Below are positions 17,701 through 26,890 of a DNA stretch of 64,000 nucleotides, one piece after another. Below the pieces are notes generated by a model. That model was not told where the DNA came from and did not search any database. It saw only the letters and a program-made list of their open reading frames with translations. This DNA is from Candidatus Iainarchaeum sp. GTDB lineage: Archaea > Iainarchaeota > Iainarchaeia > Iainarchaeales > 1-14-0-10-31-34. The stretch covers positions 34,112 through 98,111 of the forward strand of contig JBFMAK010000004.1 of the NCBI GenBank assembly GCA_040755695.1, given 5' to 3'. The number at the start of each line of letters is the position of its first letter. Within the stretch, counting starts at the first letter, position 1. The position numbers and the translations under genes are program-made.

Positions 17701-18932
17701 ACGACATAAAAGCAATATACAAGAGGATTCCGACAATAATTCCATTCAAATACAAGAAAAGCAATTTCATTAGGACTCTCCCAATTGGAAAAGCATTAGT
17801 AGGAGACAGGAGAGAGGAAACAAGCAGGGCTTTCGTGCTGAGCATTAGGCCCAGGATAAGCCAGCACGAAGGAAGGGATGTAGAGGCAACATCAATTGAA
17901 TCAAAAATGAGCGAAGAACAAGTCCAAAAACTTGCAGTGGAAATGCTTATCTCAAAATTGAACAGGGAAGGAGAAATAGAATTGCCTCAAGTGAATTCGC
18001 TTATTGACACGCTGAACAGCAAGTATAAAACAAAGGTAATGCTCTCCTCAGTTCTTGACGCCCTTGAAGACAAGATGGTTTCAATTGATTCAGAGAAAAT
18101 ATTCCTGCCTTCAGCAATAAAAAAAGAGGAAGAAATAGCAGAAAGAAAGGAATTAATTGAAGAAAAAGGAATTGAAAGGGGAATTGAAGGCAAAGCAGAA
18201 GAAATGGCAGAAGCATTTCATTCGTTCCCGATCAGATTCAGTGAAGAGAGAGCCAGAAGGATTGCTGAAAGCGCAAGGAAGAAGAAAAAATTGGGTTTGA
18301 TTGGAAGGGAAGAGCAATTGAAATCTTTGAATCTGTACTACGAAAAAATATTCAAGATTCAATACAATGACTTTAACCAAAGACAGGAATTCTTTTCCAA
18401 CAACTGTTATGTGAGTTCTGAGACCGGTGAATTTCTGCATGCAACAGACAGAGAATTCATTGAATCAAAAGGATTCTCAAAAGTCATTCCCTTAGGAAGG
18501 GATGAAGCAAGCACTCTCGGAAGGCTTATTGAAAGAAAAAACCTGAAAGAATTAATTGGGCTGGGAGGCATAAGCGAAGAGAAAGCAAAGAAAGTGCTCG
18601 AAGAACTTACAAGAAAAGGATTCGTGAAAAAAGAATTAAAAGAGGGGAAGGCATCCTATTTCCTCAACTCGCAATTAGAGCTTCCGCCAAACCCAAGGCA
18701 CAAAATTGTCAATTCACTGGATGAACTGCCTTTAACAGAAATAAAAGCAGGGCAAGTCAAGAAAGAAAACTTCACTGAAAGCCAGGTAATGCAGGCCCTG
18801 CAAAACTATTGGCCTTCAATTGTAATCAAAAAGCTTTCATTAATACTGAAGCCCTACTTTGAGGCTGTCCTAGAAGAAGCAGGAAAAGAAAGAAGGCTTA
18901 AGATAGACGCAATCACGGGAAAAATAATTTAA
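14730..18932 (+). CDS. HerA/FtsK-superfamily (DUF87-like) ATPase with an intein and a long acidic N-terminus
   Basis: Walker A GARGSGK|S split by the intein, IVIDPVG, Walker B LFIDEAH, QGRRPGCSIVFATQQP; about 962 aa after splicing. Confidence 0.88.
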   Translation: MSEEEEKPRAESGEEKHRVEKSIVKEDNDIFDEVFEGKKEKRVEQRIEETEEEEKEMNEKEGKELGGEEELIPIKEKKKKKEKEKKLKGVEGARQEMLQEKEKDKLKREIIKKALKSATIEPEIMEPEIEEVELEPEEISPEDIEGLGEKYLKEELGEKESEVELIEPATVPLRFLEYEAKNSVFIGRKKSVFQSYKDEAGLLIGRVEEDGKHKEKTVLLDGLNPHVIFVCGARGSGKCLTGDSLITLEDGSIIPIKELEYNNKRVLGLNHELKIVPLKKEGFYKRKVDKLFSLLLRSGREIKLTPEHPLLTINGWVQAQELKRKDSIATPRILNVFGNSKMKEGDVKLLAYFIAEGHLGNAFVLFSNQDKKIIEDFSKSIREFDENLRIEVHSKSWCYRIAQKKKGIDLRNIVRNEKGQFTNKGFVITQKSSLAKWFESIGLYGKLSKEKFIPEEILKLSKEQLALFLNRLFSCDGSIHKVSGSEKNWLISYASSSEKLIRQVQHLLLRFGIISKIKPKKTKFKEKIFDSFELVISSESVIKFIQEIGFFGIKELRQETAIKNMLEINRNPNIDTIPKDIWDIYRPKNWTATARAMGYSQKSLKSLHNAINYAPSREKLLKIAQIDENKGVQLIAESDIFWDEVVELKEIEGEEVYDISVPEYHNFIANDIIVHNSYVLGVIAEELALRNKNIGTIVIDPVGVFWSMRYPNKEEKELKELIEWNLMPQGLENLKVFVPEGIKAEIPRNTYDATFAVLPSMLSVEDWCLTFGMERFGPTGLLLDKVLKKIEHGYKTTEAKYIKAKKGNYSLEELIQCLETEEELNSKERGYKQDSIRALASRLEAAKNWGIFSEKGTPLSELSRENQLTVLDTSFLEDNVGALVIGILARRILSARKISTRKESAKKLKASMDEMLELEIPPTWLFIDEAHTLIPSGNVKTPATEALVEYVKQGRRPGCSIVFATQQPSAIDTKVLSQLDILISHKLVFDDDIKAIYKRIPTIIPFKYKKSNFIRTLPIGKALVGDRREETSRAFVLSIRPRISQHEGRDVEATSIESKMSEEQVQKLAVEMLISKLNREGEIELPQVNSLIDTLNSKYKTKVMLSSVLDALEDKMVSIDSEKIFLPSAIKKEEEIAERKELIEEKGIERGIEGKAEEMAEAFHSFPIRFSEERARRIAESARKKKKLGLIGREEQLKSLNLYYEKIFKIQYNDFNQRQEFFSNNCYVSSETGEFLHATDREFIESKGFSKVIPLGRDEASTLGRLIERKNLKELIGLGGISEEKAKKVLEELTRKGFVKKELKEGKASYFLNSQLELPPNPRHKIVNSLDELPLTEIKAGQVKKENFTESQVMQALQNYWPSIVIKKLSLILKPYFEAVLEEAGKERRLKIDAITGKII
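15444..16757 (+). mobile_element. Intein (438 aa) with a LAGLIDADG homing endonuclease
   Basis: Starts CLTGDSLI; block B IKLTPEHPLLT; LAGLIDADG-like LLAYFIAEG and LNRLFSCDG; ends VYDISV...HNFIANDIIVHN with Ser as the +1 residue. Confidence 0.95.
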
Positions 18933-18948
18933 TTAATTTAATTTTTTT

Positions 18949-19542
18949 ATGGCTCAAGCTTTTTCTTTAAGGGAAGGAATAAAGGAATTAAAAGAAAGAA
19001 TTATTGAACTAAAAAAAAGAGGCAAATTTGTTATTGTAGGGATTGCGGGGGCAAGCTGTTCAGGAAAGACATTCACTGCAAGAAAAATAAAGGCAAAAGT
19101 AATTCCATTCGACGACTACTACATAGGACTGAAAAAAATGAACAAAAAAAAAGTGAAGAACTTCGATGAACCCAAAGCGCTCGACCTCAAACTACTTAAA
19201 AAGCACTTGAAAGAACTAAAAAAAGGCAGGGCAGTCAGAAAACCTATTTATGACATGAAAACACATGAAAGGAAAGGGATTGAAAAATTTATTCCCTCAA
19301 AAATAATGATACTCGAAGGCCTTTACGCCCTCAGGCATGAAATACTAAAATTCATTGACTTGAAGGTTTTTGTTGAATCACCAAAAAAATTAAGGCTGAA
19401 GAGAAGGATTGAACGAGATGAAAAAGAAAGAGCATGGAGCAAAAAAGAAGCAATCCAATACTTCAATCAAGTAGTTGAGCCAAACTATAAAAAATACGTT
19501 CTGCCAACAATAAAAAATACTGAAATCATAATAAAAAATTAG
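18949..19542 (+). CDS. udk: Uridine kinase family protein
   Basis: VGIAGASCSGKT, FDDYY, NFDEPKALD, ILEGLYAL and RLKRRIERD. Confidence 0.85.
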   Translation: MAQAFSLREGIKELKERIIELKKRGKFVIVGIAGASCSGKTFTARKIKAKVIPFDDYYIGLKKMNKKKVKNFDEPKALDLKLLKKHLKELKKGRAVRKPIYDMKTHERKGIEKFIPSKIMILEGLYALRHEILKFIDLKVFVESPKKLRLKRRIERDEKERAWSKKEAIQYFNQVVEPNYKKYVLPTIKNTEIIIKN

Positions 19543-19553
19543 GGCTGAATCAA

Positions 19554-20768
19554 ATGATAAAAGAATTTTACCTGAAAAACGGAATTAATCTCTTGGTTGA
19601 AGAAAGAAAGGAAAGCAAGTCTGTTGCAATAGTCGTGGCAGTGAACTTCGGGTCACTCTACGAAAACAGAAAGCAGGCAGGCATAGCCCATTTAATTGAA
19701 CACCTCATGTTTTCAGGCACAAAAAAAAGAAACAAAAAACAGATATCAGAAGAAATAGACAATATAGGGGGAAAAATAAACGCATTCACATCCAATGACA
19801 TGACAGCCTATTATGTTGAATTACAGGACAAGCACTTAGACATAGGCTTGGGGGTATTGAGCGACTGCCTGCAGAACTCCTTGTTCGAAGAAAAAAACAC
19901 GGAATTGGAAAAGCAAATAATACTAAAAGAAATAAACCAGCTTAAGGATAATCTGCCTTACTACTCAATTGACTTATTCCAGAAATTATGCTTCAAAGAC
20001 AACAAAATGGAAAGCGTCATAGGAACAAAAGAAACTGTAGGAAATATAAAAAGAGAAGACATACTGAACTATTACTCGAGATTTTATGCCCCAAAGAACT
20101 TCATTGTATCAGTTGTAGGAAACGTGAAAGCACAAGAAGTAAAAGAAAAAGTAAAGCAGAAGTTCTTGAACAAAAAATTGCCTGAAACCAAAAGAATCGA
20201 ATTAAAGAAGGAAAGGCAAGAAAAAAGAGAGAAAATAATTAAAAGGCAGGTAAACCAAGCGCACCTAGCCTTTGGTGTTAGGGCCCCAAAAAGCAATGAG
20301 AAAAGCGTTTTTGCAATGGAGGTAATTAATGCCTTCCTTGGCGGAGGCCTAAGCTCAAGGCTTGTCCAGGAAATAAGGGAGAAGAGAGGCCTTGCATATG
20401 TCGTGCACTCTATTTACGAAAGCAATCCATTCTTCGGCTTCTTTTTGCTGTATGTAGGGACAGGCAAGAAAAACCTCGGGCTAGTAAAAGAATTGATAGG
20501 AAAAGAATTGCTTGAACTCAAAGAAAAGAAATTGGGTGAAACTGAATTAAAGAACGCAAAACAGTACATTGAAGGAAAGCTTTTGCTCAACGAAGAAAAC
20601 AATTACGAGAAAGCGATTAACACAGTGAAATACAAGCAGAACAGAATAAAGTCAACAGAAGAATACCTGAAAAAAATCAAGGAAGTAACAGCAAGAGAAG
20701 TAATGGATACAGCAAAAAAATATTTTGGGGAAGAGAAGATTGTGAGCGTTGAAATAAGGCCTAAATAA
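19554..20768 (+). CDS. M16 (pitrilysin-family) zinc peptidase
   Basis: GIAHLIEHLMFSGT (HxxEH), INAFTS and SSRLVQEIREKRGLAY. Confidence 0.93.
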   Translation: MIKEFYLKNGINLLVEERKESKSVAIVVAVNFGSLYENRKQAGIAHLIEHLMFSGTKKRNKKQISEEIDNIGGKINAFTSNDMTAYYVELQDKHLDIGLGVLSDCLQNSLFEEKNTELEKQIILKEINQLKDNLPYYSIDLFQKLCFKDNKMESVIGTKETVGNIKREDILNYYSRFYAPKNFIVSVVGNVKAQEVKEKVKQKFLNKKLPETKRIELKKERQEKREKIIKRQVNQAHLAFGVRAPKSNEKSVFAMEVINAFLGGGLSSRLVQEIREKRGLAYVVHSIYESNPFFGFFLLYVGTGKKNLGLVKELIGKELLELKEKKLGETELKNAKQYIEGKLLLNEENNYEKAINTVKYKQNRIKSTEEYLKKIKEVTAREVMDTAKKYFGEEKIVSVEIRPK

Positions 20769-22022
20769 TTAGCTCTGCTTTTTTGATTTGCATTTATTTA
20801 AAACATTCATTAGCATTTTCTTTCCTTTCAAAAGCCCTTTTTTGTTTAGTGCATCAACAGCGAAATGCACCACTTTTGGCTGGCTTTTTGATTTTCTGAC
20901 AAAAAAACCGTATTCATTATAGAAGGCTCTTATGCCGTCAAATTCGCTGAATTCAACTGCATTGGACTGAAGAAGGTCTTTTAATTTTGAGAAATCAATT
21001 TCTGCCTCAATCCCGCCTTTGTAGTAGAGGGTCTTGAATTGCGAGGAAAAATCTTCAAGGCTTTTTGAATCAATTGAGGAGAGAAGGCCTGCAACGTAAA
21101 TAGCATCAGAGTAATTCATGTGCTTTACGAAAGAATAATGGCCTGAGTATTCTGCTGCAAGCTTTGCCCTGGTTTCCTTTATTTTCTGGATTACTCTCAC
21201 CTGGCCCATCTTGGAGTAATAAACCTTGAAGCCCTTGTCTTTCAAGAAAAATTCTGCTTCCCTGCTCAAATCAACAGTCAAAACAACACTATCTTTTTCT
21301 TTGAGGTAATTTTCTGCCAAGAGGCAGGCAATAATATTGGAGGAAACAATTTTCCCCTTGTTTGCAACCAGAAGCCTGTCAGCATCAAAGTCAAAGGCAA
21401 AGCCCACCTTGCCTTTCTCTGCTGTAAGCCTTTTCAATTCATTCAATGTTGAGTCCTTTGGCTCAGGGTCGACCCTTGAAAGAAGAGGGTCAGGAACAGA
21501 ATTAACTGTTTCAGGGAAAACCTGCTTTAGAGAGCAAGCGCTGCCATTCCTTAAATCAAATATCCCTCCATTAAATTCAGGCAGTGCCTCAATGTATTCA
21601 CGAAAATCACAGTTAATTTTAGGCTCAAAAAACTTTTTAGGCATTTTAAGGCCTGAACCATTAATTGAAACAAATTCCTCCTCCAGTTTCAGCAAATAAC
21701 CAGAAGAAAAGAACTCCCTTCCATTAAAAATTTTTGCTCCATTGAATTCGAAAGGGTTGTGCGAGGCTGTAATGCACGCTCCAAGCTTCCTTGCCATAAA
21801 AGCAACTGCAGTGGTTGGCGCCAAACCCAAAAAATTTTTTTCTCCATCAAAGCCCTCCATCAAAGAACTGCACAAGCTTAAGCCATGCTTTCTCGGGTCA
21901 TGCCCCAAAACAATTCCATCAGAAAAAGAATTAAGGGCCCTGCCCAAAGCAAAGAAATTCTTTTCTGTAACCGCTTTACCGTAAAGCCCTCTCACATCAT
22001 AAGAACCGAACATTCCATCCAT
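20769..22022 (-). CDS. Phosphohexomutase (PMM/PGM family)
   Basis: FGSYDVRG, ITASHNP phosphoserine loop, FDFDADR metal loop and AEYSGHY. Confidence 0.88.
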   Translation of the reverse strand: MDGMFGSYDVRGLYGKAVTEKNFFALGRALNSFSDGIVLGHDPRKHGLSLCSSLMEGFDGEKNFLGLAPTTAVAFMARKLGACITASHNPFEFNGAKIFNGREFFSSGYLLKLEEEFVSINGSGLKMPKKFFEPKINCDFREYIEALPEFNGGIFDLRNGSACSLKQVFPETVNSVPDPLLSRVDPEPKDSTLNELKRLTAEKGKVGFAFDFDADRLLVANKGKIVSSNIIACLLAENYLKEKDSVVLTVDLSREAEFFLKDKGFKVYYSKMGQVRVIQKIKETRAKLAAEYSGHYSFVKHMNYSDAIYVAGLLSSIDSKSLEDFSSQFKTLYYKGGIEAEIDFSKLKDLLQSNAVEFSEFDGIRAFYNEYGFFVRKSKSQPKVVHFAVDALNKKGLLKGKKMLMNVLNKCKSKKQS

Positions 22023-22125
22023 TCAATTCACTTAAACTAATCTTTTCGTAAGCAAATTATAAAACAGTAACGCTTAAATATAGGGAAAAGCAAGATATTA
22101 AAGCAAAAGGAATTAAAGGATTGGA

Positions 22126-22464
22126 ATGGAAGACTACCTTAAAAGAAAAGAAGAAGAAGAAAAGCTGATGAGTAAGAACCCTGTGCTGCTCCAGATACTC
22201 CTCTCAAAAGAGCAGACCATAGAATCAAAGCTTAGGACAGCCTTCTCTTTGATCCAGACAGCAATAGGCCTTGCAGCCTTCGGCCTTGCAATAATAACCT
22301 TCTTTAAAGGCGAACTTGGATACCTGATTATTGGGGCATTCTTAATTCTTATTGCATTAATTTTGGTGTGGTTCGCAATAAAACGCTACTTCCATTACGC
22401 CCAAGAAAGCCAGATAATAAAAGAGCACAGGGCAGACTTAAGGGAATTAATAGGACAAGAATAA
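22126..22464 (+). CDS. DUF202-like small membrane protein
   Basis: LSKEQTIESKLRTAFSLIQTAIGL resembles the DUF202 pattern (LA.ERT.LAW.RT); two TM helices. Confidence 0.65.
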   Translation: MEDYLKRKEEEEKLMSKNPVLLQILLSKEQTIESKLRTAFSLIQTAIGLAAFGLAIITFFKGELGYLIIGAFLILIALILVWFAIKRYFHYAQESQIIKEHRADLRELIGQE

Positions 22465-22485
22465 TTAAACAAAAAAGCTGATTGA

Positions 22486-22767
22486 ATGGAATTAAAGGAT
22501 TTTGTAGGCAAGCCATGCAAGAGCAGGACTGCATGCGAGTTCATCCCAAAGAAAAAAATTGAATTGAATCTTTCCCTTACAGCGCAGAACCTAAGAGAAA
22601 AAGAAGTCATTGTAGAAATGGAGACGCCTTACCTCCTCCTAATAAAATTCAAGGGAAAAAACATTTCACTCTTCAAGAGCGGCAAAATGATAGTGAAAGA
22701 AACACAGGACGAGAGCGAAGCAAGGGTTATAGCAGAAGAATTAATAAACAAGATAATACAAAAATAG
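22486..22767 (+). CDS. Conserved-looking small hypothetical protein
   Basis: 93-aa ORF with normal codon use; ISLFKSGKMIVK beta-rich motif. Confidence 0.7.
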   Translation: MELKDFVGKPCKSRTACEFIPKKKIELNLSLTAQNLREKEVIVEMETPYLLLIKFKGKNISLFKSGKMIVKETQDESEARVIAEELINKIIQK

Positions 22768-22795
22768 ATTAAGAAATGTAAAAGAGGCAAGAAGA

Positions 22796-23452
22796 ATGCT
22801 GAATTTTTCAATGATCCCTGAGATACTGCTTATCCCTAGAGAAGGCTTCAATGCACTGAAAAAAGAGACAGAGGCATTGGACGGAATAACCACTGGGGTA
22901 ATACTCTTCATTGCGTCAACAGCCCTTTCTGTGGGATTCCTTGCCTTATTTGAACCCAACAAATTTGATGTTATTTCAGAAATAAAAACGCTTTCAACAA
23001 GCATGGTGTTCATAATAATTTTCACGATAATTGTGGGAACAATTGCAGCAAAGACAGCAAAAAAAGCATTCAATGGCATAGGCGATGCCGCAATAACAAT
23101 AAGTTTTAGCGGTTACAGCCAGGCAGTATACTTCATTATCTCACTCCTGATGACCTTGCTGACAATAATTTTAGGCCTCACAATACTAAAGGAAATGCCA
23201 CAAAACATTTTTTCCTTGGCGCTCTCAACAGGCCCTGCAGGCATGCTGTTCCTTGCAGTAATTGCTGCAGGAGCCCTCTGGTGGCTTTATGTTCACGGAA
23301 GCGGCATAGCAGAAGCAAACAACCTCTCTTTTTTCAAAGGGGTTGCAGTATCATTGTTCGCCAGCATTACAGCAATAGCAATAACAACATTCATTGTCCT
23401 TACAGCAGACTTTGTCATAGTAACGCAAACAGGCTTTTCAATAATCCCCTAA
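22796..23452 (+). CDS. Yip1-domain membrane protein
   Basis: EILLIPREGFNALK start, about five TM helices, GIAEANNLSFFKG. Confidence 0.7.
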   Translation: MLNFSMIPEILLIPREGFNALKKETEALDGITTGVILFIASTALSVGFLALFEPNKFDVISEIKTLSTSMVFIIIFTIIVGTIAAKTAKKAFNGIGDAAITISFSGYSQAVYFIISLLMTLLTIILGLTILKEMPQNIFSLALSTGPAGMLFLAVIAAGALWWLYVHGSGIAEANNLSFFKGVAVSLFASITAIAITTFIVLTADFVIVTQTGFSIIP

Positions 23453-23508
23453 TTGCTTATATAATGCTTTAAAACAATTTTTGCACTCAAACTCTTTATT
23501 GGTATTAT

Positions 23509-24600
23509 ATGAAAAACTCATTCAGTTTTGGAAGAATTTTAGGCATAAGCCTTGAACTGCACATAACCTTCATACTCCTAATAATAGCCATTGCAGCAGG
23601 CATCCTATTGCTTGACACAAAAAATTTTATTCCCACAATGCTCTTGCTTTTCTTCCTCTTCCTTTCAGTATTCCTGCACGAATTAGTTCACTCAATTGTT
23701 GCAGTATACAAGGGCGTGAAAGTAAAAAAAATAATCCTGCTTCCAATAGGAGGCTTAGCACAAACAGAAAGAATGCCTGAAAAACCATTAGACGAATTCC
23801 TCATCTCAATTGCAGGCCCATTATTCAATTTCCTTGTGGTCTTTGCAGTAGCATTATCAGTTGTATTCCTGCACCTGCCTTTCCCTTCAATACAGCAGTT
23901 AAGCAATCCAGCCCTATTAGAACAGTTAATGATGCAATACCCTTTATTCGCATTATTCTGGGTCAACCTAATTTTAGGTGCATTCAACCTCTTTGTTCCT
24001 GCAATGCCAATGGACGGCGGCAGGGTTTTAAGGTCATTGCTTGCAATTAAATTCGGGACAGTAAAAGCAACAGGCTTTGCAACAAAACTCAGCATTGCAA
24101 TAGCAGCAGCAATGTTTCTCATAGGAATATTCGCCAATTTCTGGCTTGCAATAATCGCAGTATTCGTTTACTTTGGGGCCCAAGCAGAAAACGAGGCAAC
24201 ACAAATAAAAGCAGTCCTTGAAAGAAGCCCAATAAAAAAATTAATTAAGCCCTTGCCAAAAACAGTCTCAGGCGAAAAAACACTTAAAGAATTATATGGC
24301 GAAATGAAGAAAAGAAACCAGACAGGCCTGCTAATAAAATTAGGCAAAGGGCTTGGATACATTGGAATTGAATCCTTAAAGCAAGAAAAAAAAGAGAACT
24401 GGGGCAAAATAAAAGCAAAAGAGAAAGCACAGAAGATTCCCTCAATTCCAATAGAATCAACTGCCTCTGAAGCACTCACAAAACTAATGCAGTCGCCTTA
24501 CAGCTTCTTCACAGTAAAAGAAAAAGCAAAAATAACAGGCATAATAGAACAGTCTGCCCTCACCAAACTATTCCAACTGAAAAGAATCGGAGAAGTATAA
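23509..24600 (+). CDS. Site-2 protease (M50) with degenerate CBS domains
   Basis: LHELVHS (HExxH), ISIAGPLFN and FNLFVPAMPMDGGRVL. Confidence 0.93.
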   Translation: MKNSFSFGRILGISLELHITFILLIIAIAAGILLLDTKNFIPTMLLLFFLFLSVFLHELVHSIVAVYKGVKVKKIILLPIGGLAQTERMPEKPLDEFLISIAGPLFNFLVVFAVALSVVFLHLPFPSIQQLSNPALLEQLMMQYPLFALFWVNLILGAFNLFVPAMPMDGGRVLRSLLAIKFGTVKATGFATKLSIAIAAAMFLIGIFANFWLAIIAVFVYFGAQAENEATQIKAVLERSPIKKLIKPLPKTVSGEKTLKELYGEMKKRNQTGLLIKLGKGLGYIGIESLKQEKKENWGKIKAKEKAQKIPSIPIESTASEALTKLMQSPYSFFTVKEKAKITGIIEQSALTKLFQLKRIGEV

Positions 24601-24632
24601 TAAGGGAAAACATTTAAAAGGAGTGCTACACT

Positions 24633-24655
24633 AATATTACTATTATGGTAATATT
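24633..24655. promoter_or_regulatory. 23-bp inverted repeat, putative AbiEi operator
   Basis: AATATTAC-tattatg-GTAATATT, 14 nt upstream of the antitoxin ATG. Confidence 0.55.
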
Positions 24656-24669
24656 GAGGTAACGTTAAA

Positions 24670-25167
24670 ATGTCTGGCAAGAATGGCATTAAGGGGTTGT
24701 CCAACAAGGAGATTAGGGTAGTGTCTTTTCTGGAATTGGAGGAAAAGCGCTTCTTTTCCAAGAAAGACATTAAGGGTTTTTTCAAGTCTGCAAGCGATAT
24801 GCGCAAATACATTTATTCGCTTAAACATAAAGGCAGAATCGCCAAAATAAACAAGGATAAATATTATCTTGTTCCAATTCAGGCACAGAAAGCTTGGGCA
24901 GAACACCCTTTTATTGTTGCAGATGAACTTTTTAATGGAAAAGAATACTATATTGGTGGAAAGGCTGCTGCCCATTACTGGGGGCTTATAGACCAGCTTC
25001 CTTTTATTGTTGATGTTTTTTCCACTAAAAAGCAGGGCGCCAAAACAATCCTTGGAACAAAATTCAGGTTTCGCCGTATTAGAAAGCTTGGCGGTTTTGT
25101 AAGAAAAACTATTGGTAACCACGGTTTTCTGATTGCAAGCAAAAAGGAGAGCAAAAAATGGATTTAA
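24670..25167 (+). CDS. Type IV TA antitoxin (AbiEi-like, wHTH)
   Basis: N-terminal wHTH; YYIGGKAAAHYWGLIDQLPFIVDV is typical of the AbiEi C-terminal domain; overlaps the toxin gene. Confidence 0.82.
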   Translation: MSGKNGIKGLSNKEIRVVSFLELEEKRFFSKKDIKGFFKSASDMRKYIYSLKHKGRIAKINKDKYYLVPIQAQKAWAEHPFIVADELFNGKEYYIGGKAAAHYWGLIDQLPFIVDVFSTKKQGAKTILGTKFRFRRIRKLGGFVRKTIGNHGFLIASKKESKKWI

Positions 25168-25916
25168 TCAGCAAAGCCAGGCTTCAGAACATTGCGGCTG
25201 AAAAAGGCTTTAACCTCATTTACCTAGAAAAAGACTATTTTCTTACTGTCTTGCTGTATTTAATCAAAGACATTAAAGGCTTGTACTTCAAGGGCGGAAC
25301 AGCATTAAACAAAACTGTATTCAACCACACAAGGCTGAGCGAGGACTTGGACTTCACTTGCACGGCAAAAATAAGCGAAGTTAAAAGGAAGATTGAAGAA
25401 ATAATAAAAGAAAACCTTGGATTATTTACAAGAATTGGAACAGACAAAGAAACAGGAAAATTTACCAGAATCCAAGTCTTTTATAAAGGTTATTTCAGGA
25501 AAAAAGAATACGTTAATGTTGATTTGAATGCTAACGCCAGAATTCACTTAAAGCCGGAAGAAAAAAACGTAAAGCATTTTTATTACAGGAAAATCCCAAG
25601 GTTCTCGGTACAAACATTAAACTTCAAGGAACTTATCGCAGAAAAGGTTTCAGCAACATTCGGGCGCAACGCGCCAAGAGACTATTACGACCTTTACAAC
25701 ATAATAACCAAAAAAATTCCAGTAAACATAAAACTCGTAAAACAAAAACTGAAAGAACACAACCAAAAATTTGACATCAATAAAATATTCAAGCCAGGAA
25801 GCAAAGTATACAGTAGATGGCAAACAGACCTGCTTCCACTCACAAAAACAAAACCAGAATACAAAAAAGTAATAAAAACAATAGCAAAATACTTCAAATA
25901 CAAGCAAAAAAAATAA
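25158..25916 (+). CDS. Type IV TA toxin, AbiEii nucleotidyltransferase
   Basis: LEKDY, FKGGTALNK, RLSEDLDF, IAEKV and PRDYYDLY. Confidence 0.92.
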   Translation: MDLISKARLQNIAAEKGFNLIYLEKDYFLTVLLYLIKDIKGLYFKGGTALNKTVFNHTRLSEDLDFTCTAKISEVKRKIEEIIKENLGLFTRIGTDKETGKFTRIQVFYKGYFRKKEYVNVDLNANARIHLKPEEKNVKHFYYRKIPRFSVQTLNFKELIAEKVSATFGRNAPRDYYDLYNIITKKIPVNIKLVKQKLKEHNQKFDINKIFKPGSKVYSRWQTDLLPLTKTKPEYKKVIKTIAKYFKYKQKK

Positions 25917-25930
25917 ACGTAAAAAAAATA

Positions 25931-26683
25931 ATGGGTAGTTCAATGAAAATTAAAAAAATTTATTTATGGGGTAAAAAGCGTGCTTTTATTGAATTAAAAG
26001 AAGATGATTATGGTCGTCTAGTTAATATAACAAAAAAATACAGTATGGGGGGTGAAATGACTTTAGGGGAATTTTTCGCTGAATGTTTTATTGTTAAGCC
26101 AATACCTAATTTTAGATTAGCATATCACCCATCTGGTATTAGTATTGGAATCGATTTAGGCGAAAAAGGCAGACCTCTTCAACTCACTTTTATCTCCAGA
26201 GAAAAAACAATGCAAAATATTGAAAAAATTTTAGGCAAAGAAAAAACAAAAAGGCTGTTGGAATTGTTTAAACATAGGGATAAAAAAATGTCTGAAGTGT
26301 TGAAATGGAGGAATTATCTATTAACTAAACCAATAGGCAGCAGGGGGGAAGACAAATTATTGTCTGCTCTTGTGCATATTGGTAAACTACAAGACAAAGA
26401 AAGAATAGTCGAAAGAATTGACAGTGAGATTAAGAAATCCTTTAGACCACTTATAATAAATTACTGTAAAAAAAGAAAGTGGATTATTCCATTAATAGGT
26501 CCGTCCTTTATTTCAGATAAAGCAAAAATAATGAGTAATGGTTCCTCGTGGGGGGTTGGTTCAAGAAAAACATCAAAAAAATTAGTAAAAGGAACATACC
26601 AATGGCCTATTACTATCAAAGAAGATAAAGGATGGCATAAAGAAATCAAAAAAATGAGAGCAAAAACAAAAAGACAGTTATAA
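25931..26683 (+). CDS. AT-rich basic hypothetical protein (ORFan)
   Basis: ORF of about 250 aa from ATG 25931, with lower GC than its neighbours. Confidence 0.6.
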   Translation: MGSSMKIKKIYLWGKKRAFIELKEDDYGRLVNITKKYSMGGEMTLGEFFAECFIVKPIPNFRLAYHPSGISIGIDLGEKGRPLQLTFISREKTMQNIEKILGKEKTKRLLELFKHRDKKMSEVLKWRNYLLTKPIGSRGEDKLLSALVHIGKLQDKERIVERIDSEIKKSFRPLIINYCKKRKWIIPLIGPSFISDKAKIMSNGSSWGVGSRKTSKKLVKGTYQWPITIKEDKGWHKEIKKMRAKTKRQL

Positions 26684-26695
26684 TTAAAAAAAAAT

Positions 26696-26777
26696 GCTGG
26701 GGTCGGATAATGGCATTCCACTGGCCTCGAGAGCCAGCGCCCTCAAGGGCATGAGAGTTCAAGTCTCTCCCCCAGCG
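26696..26777 (+). tRNA. tRNA-Ser(CGA)
   Basis: GCTGGGG/CCCCAGC acceptor, CTGGC-CTCGAGA-GCCAG anticodon arm, long variable arm. Confidence 0.95.
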
Positions 26778-26875
26778 CTGCCCCTTCTTTTCTTTAGAAA
26801 AGAAAAGAAGCGGTAAGTTGCCGGAAGAAAAGAAAGTAAAAAGTGCAAGGAGCCCAAAAAAAGAAAAAAGAAGAT
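26778..26875 (+). repeat. Dispersed repeat family B, copy 3' of tRNA-Ser(CGA)
   Basis: CTGCCC-CTTCTTTTCTTT-AGA-AAAGAAAAGAAG-CGGTAAGTTGCC..., 36/45 identical without gaps to the tRNA-Ser(TGA) intron. Confidence 0.88.
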
Positions 26876-26890
26876 TGTTAATTAAATTAT

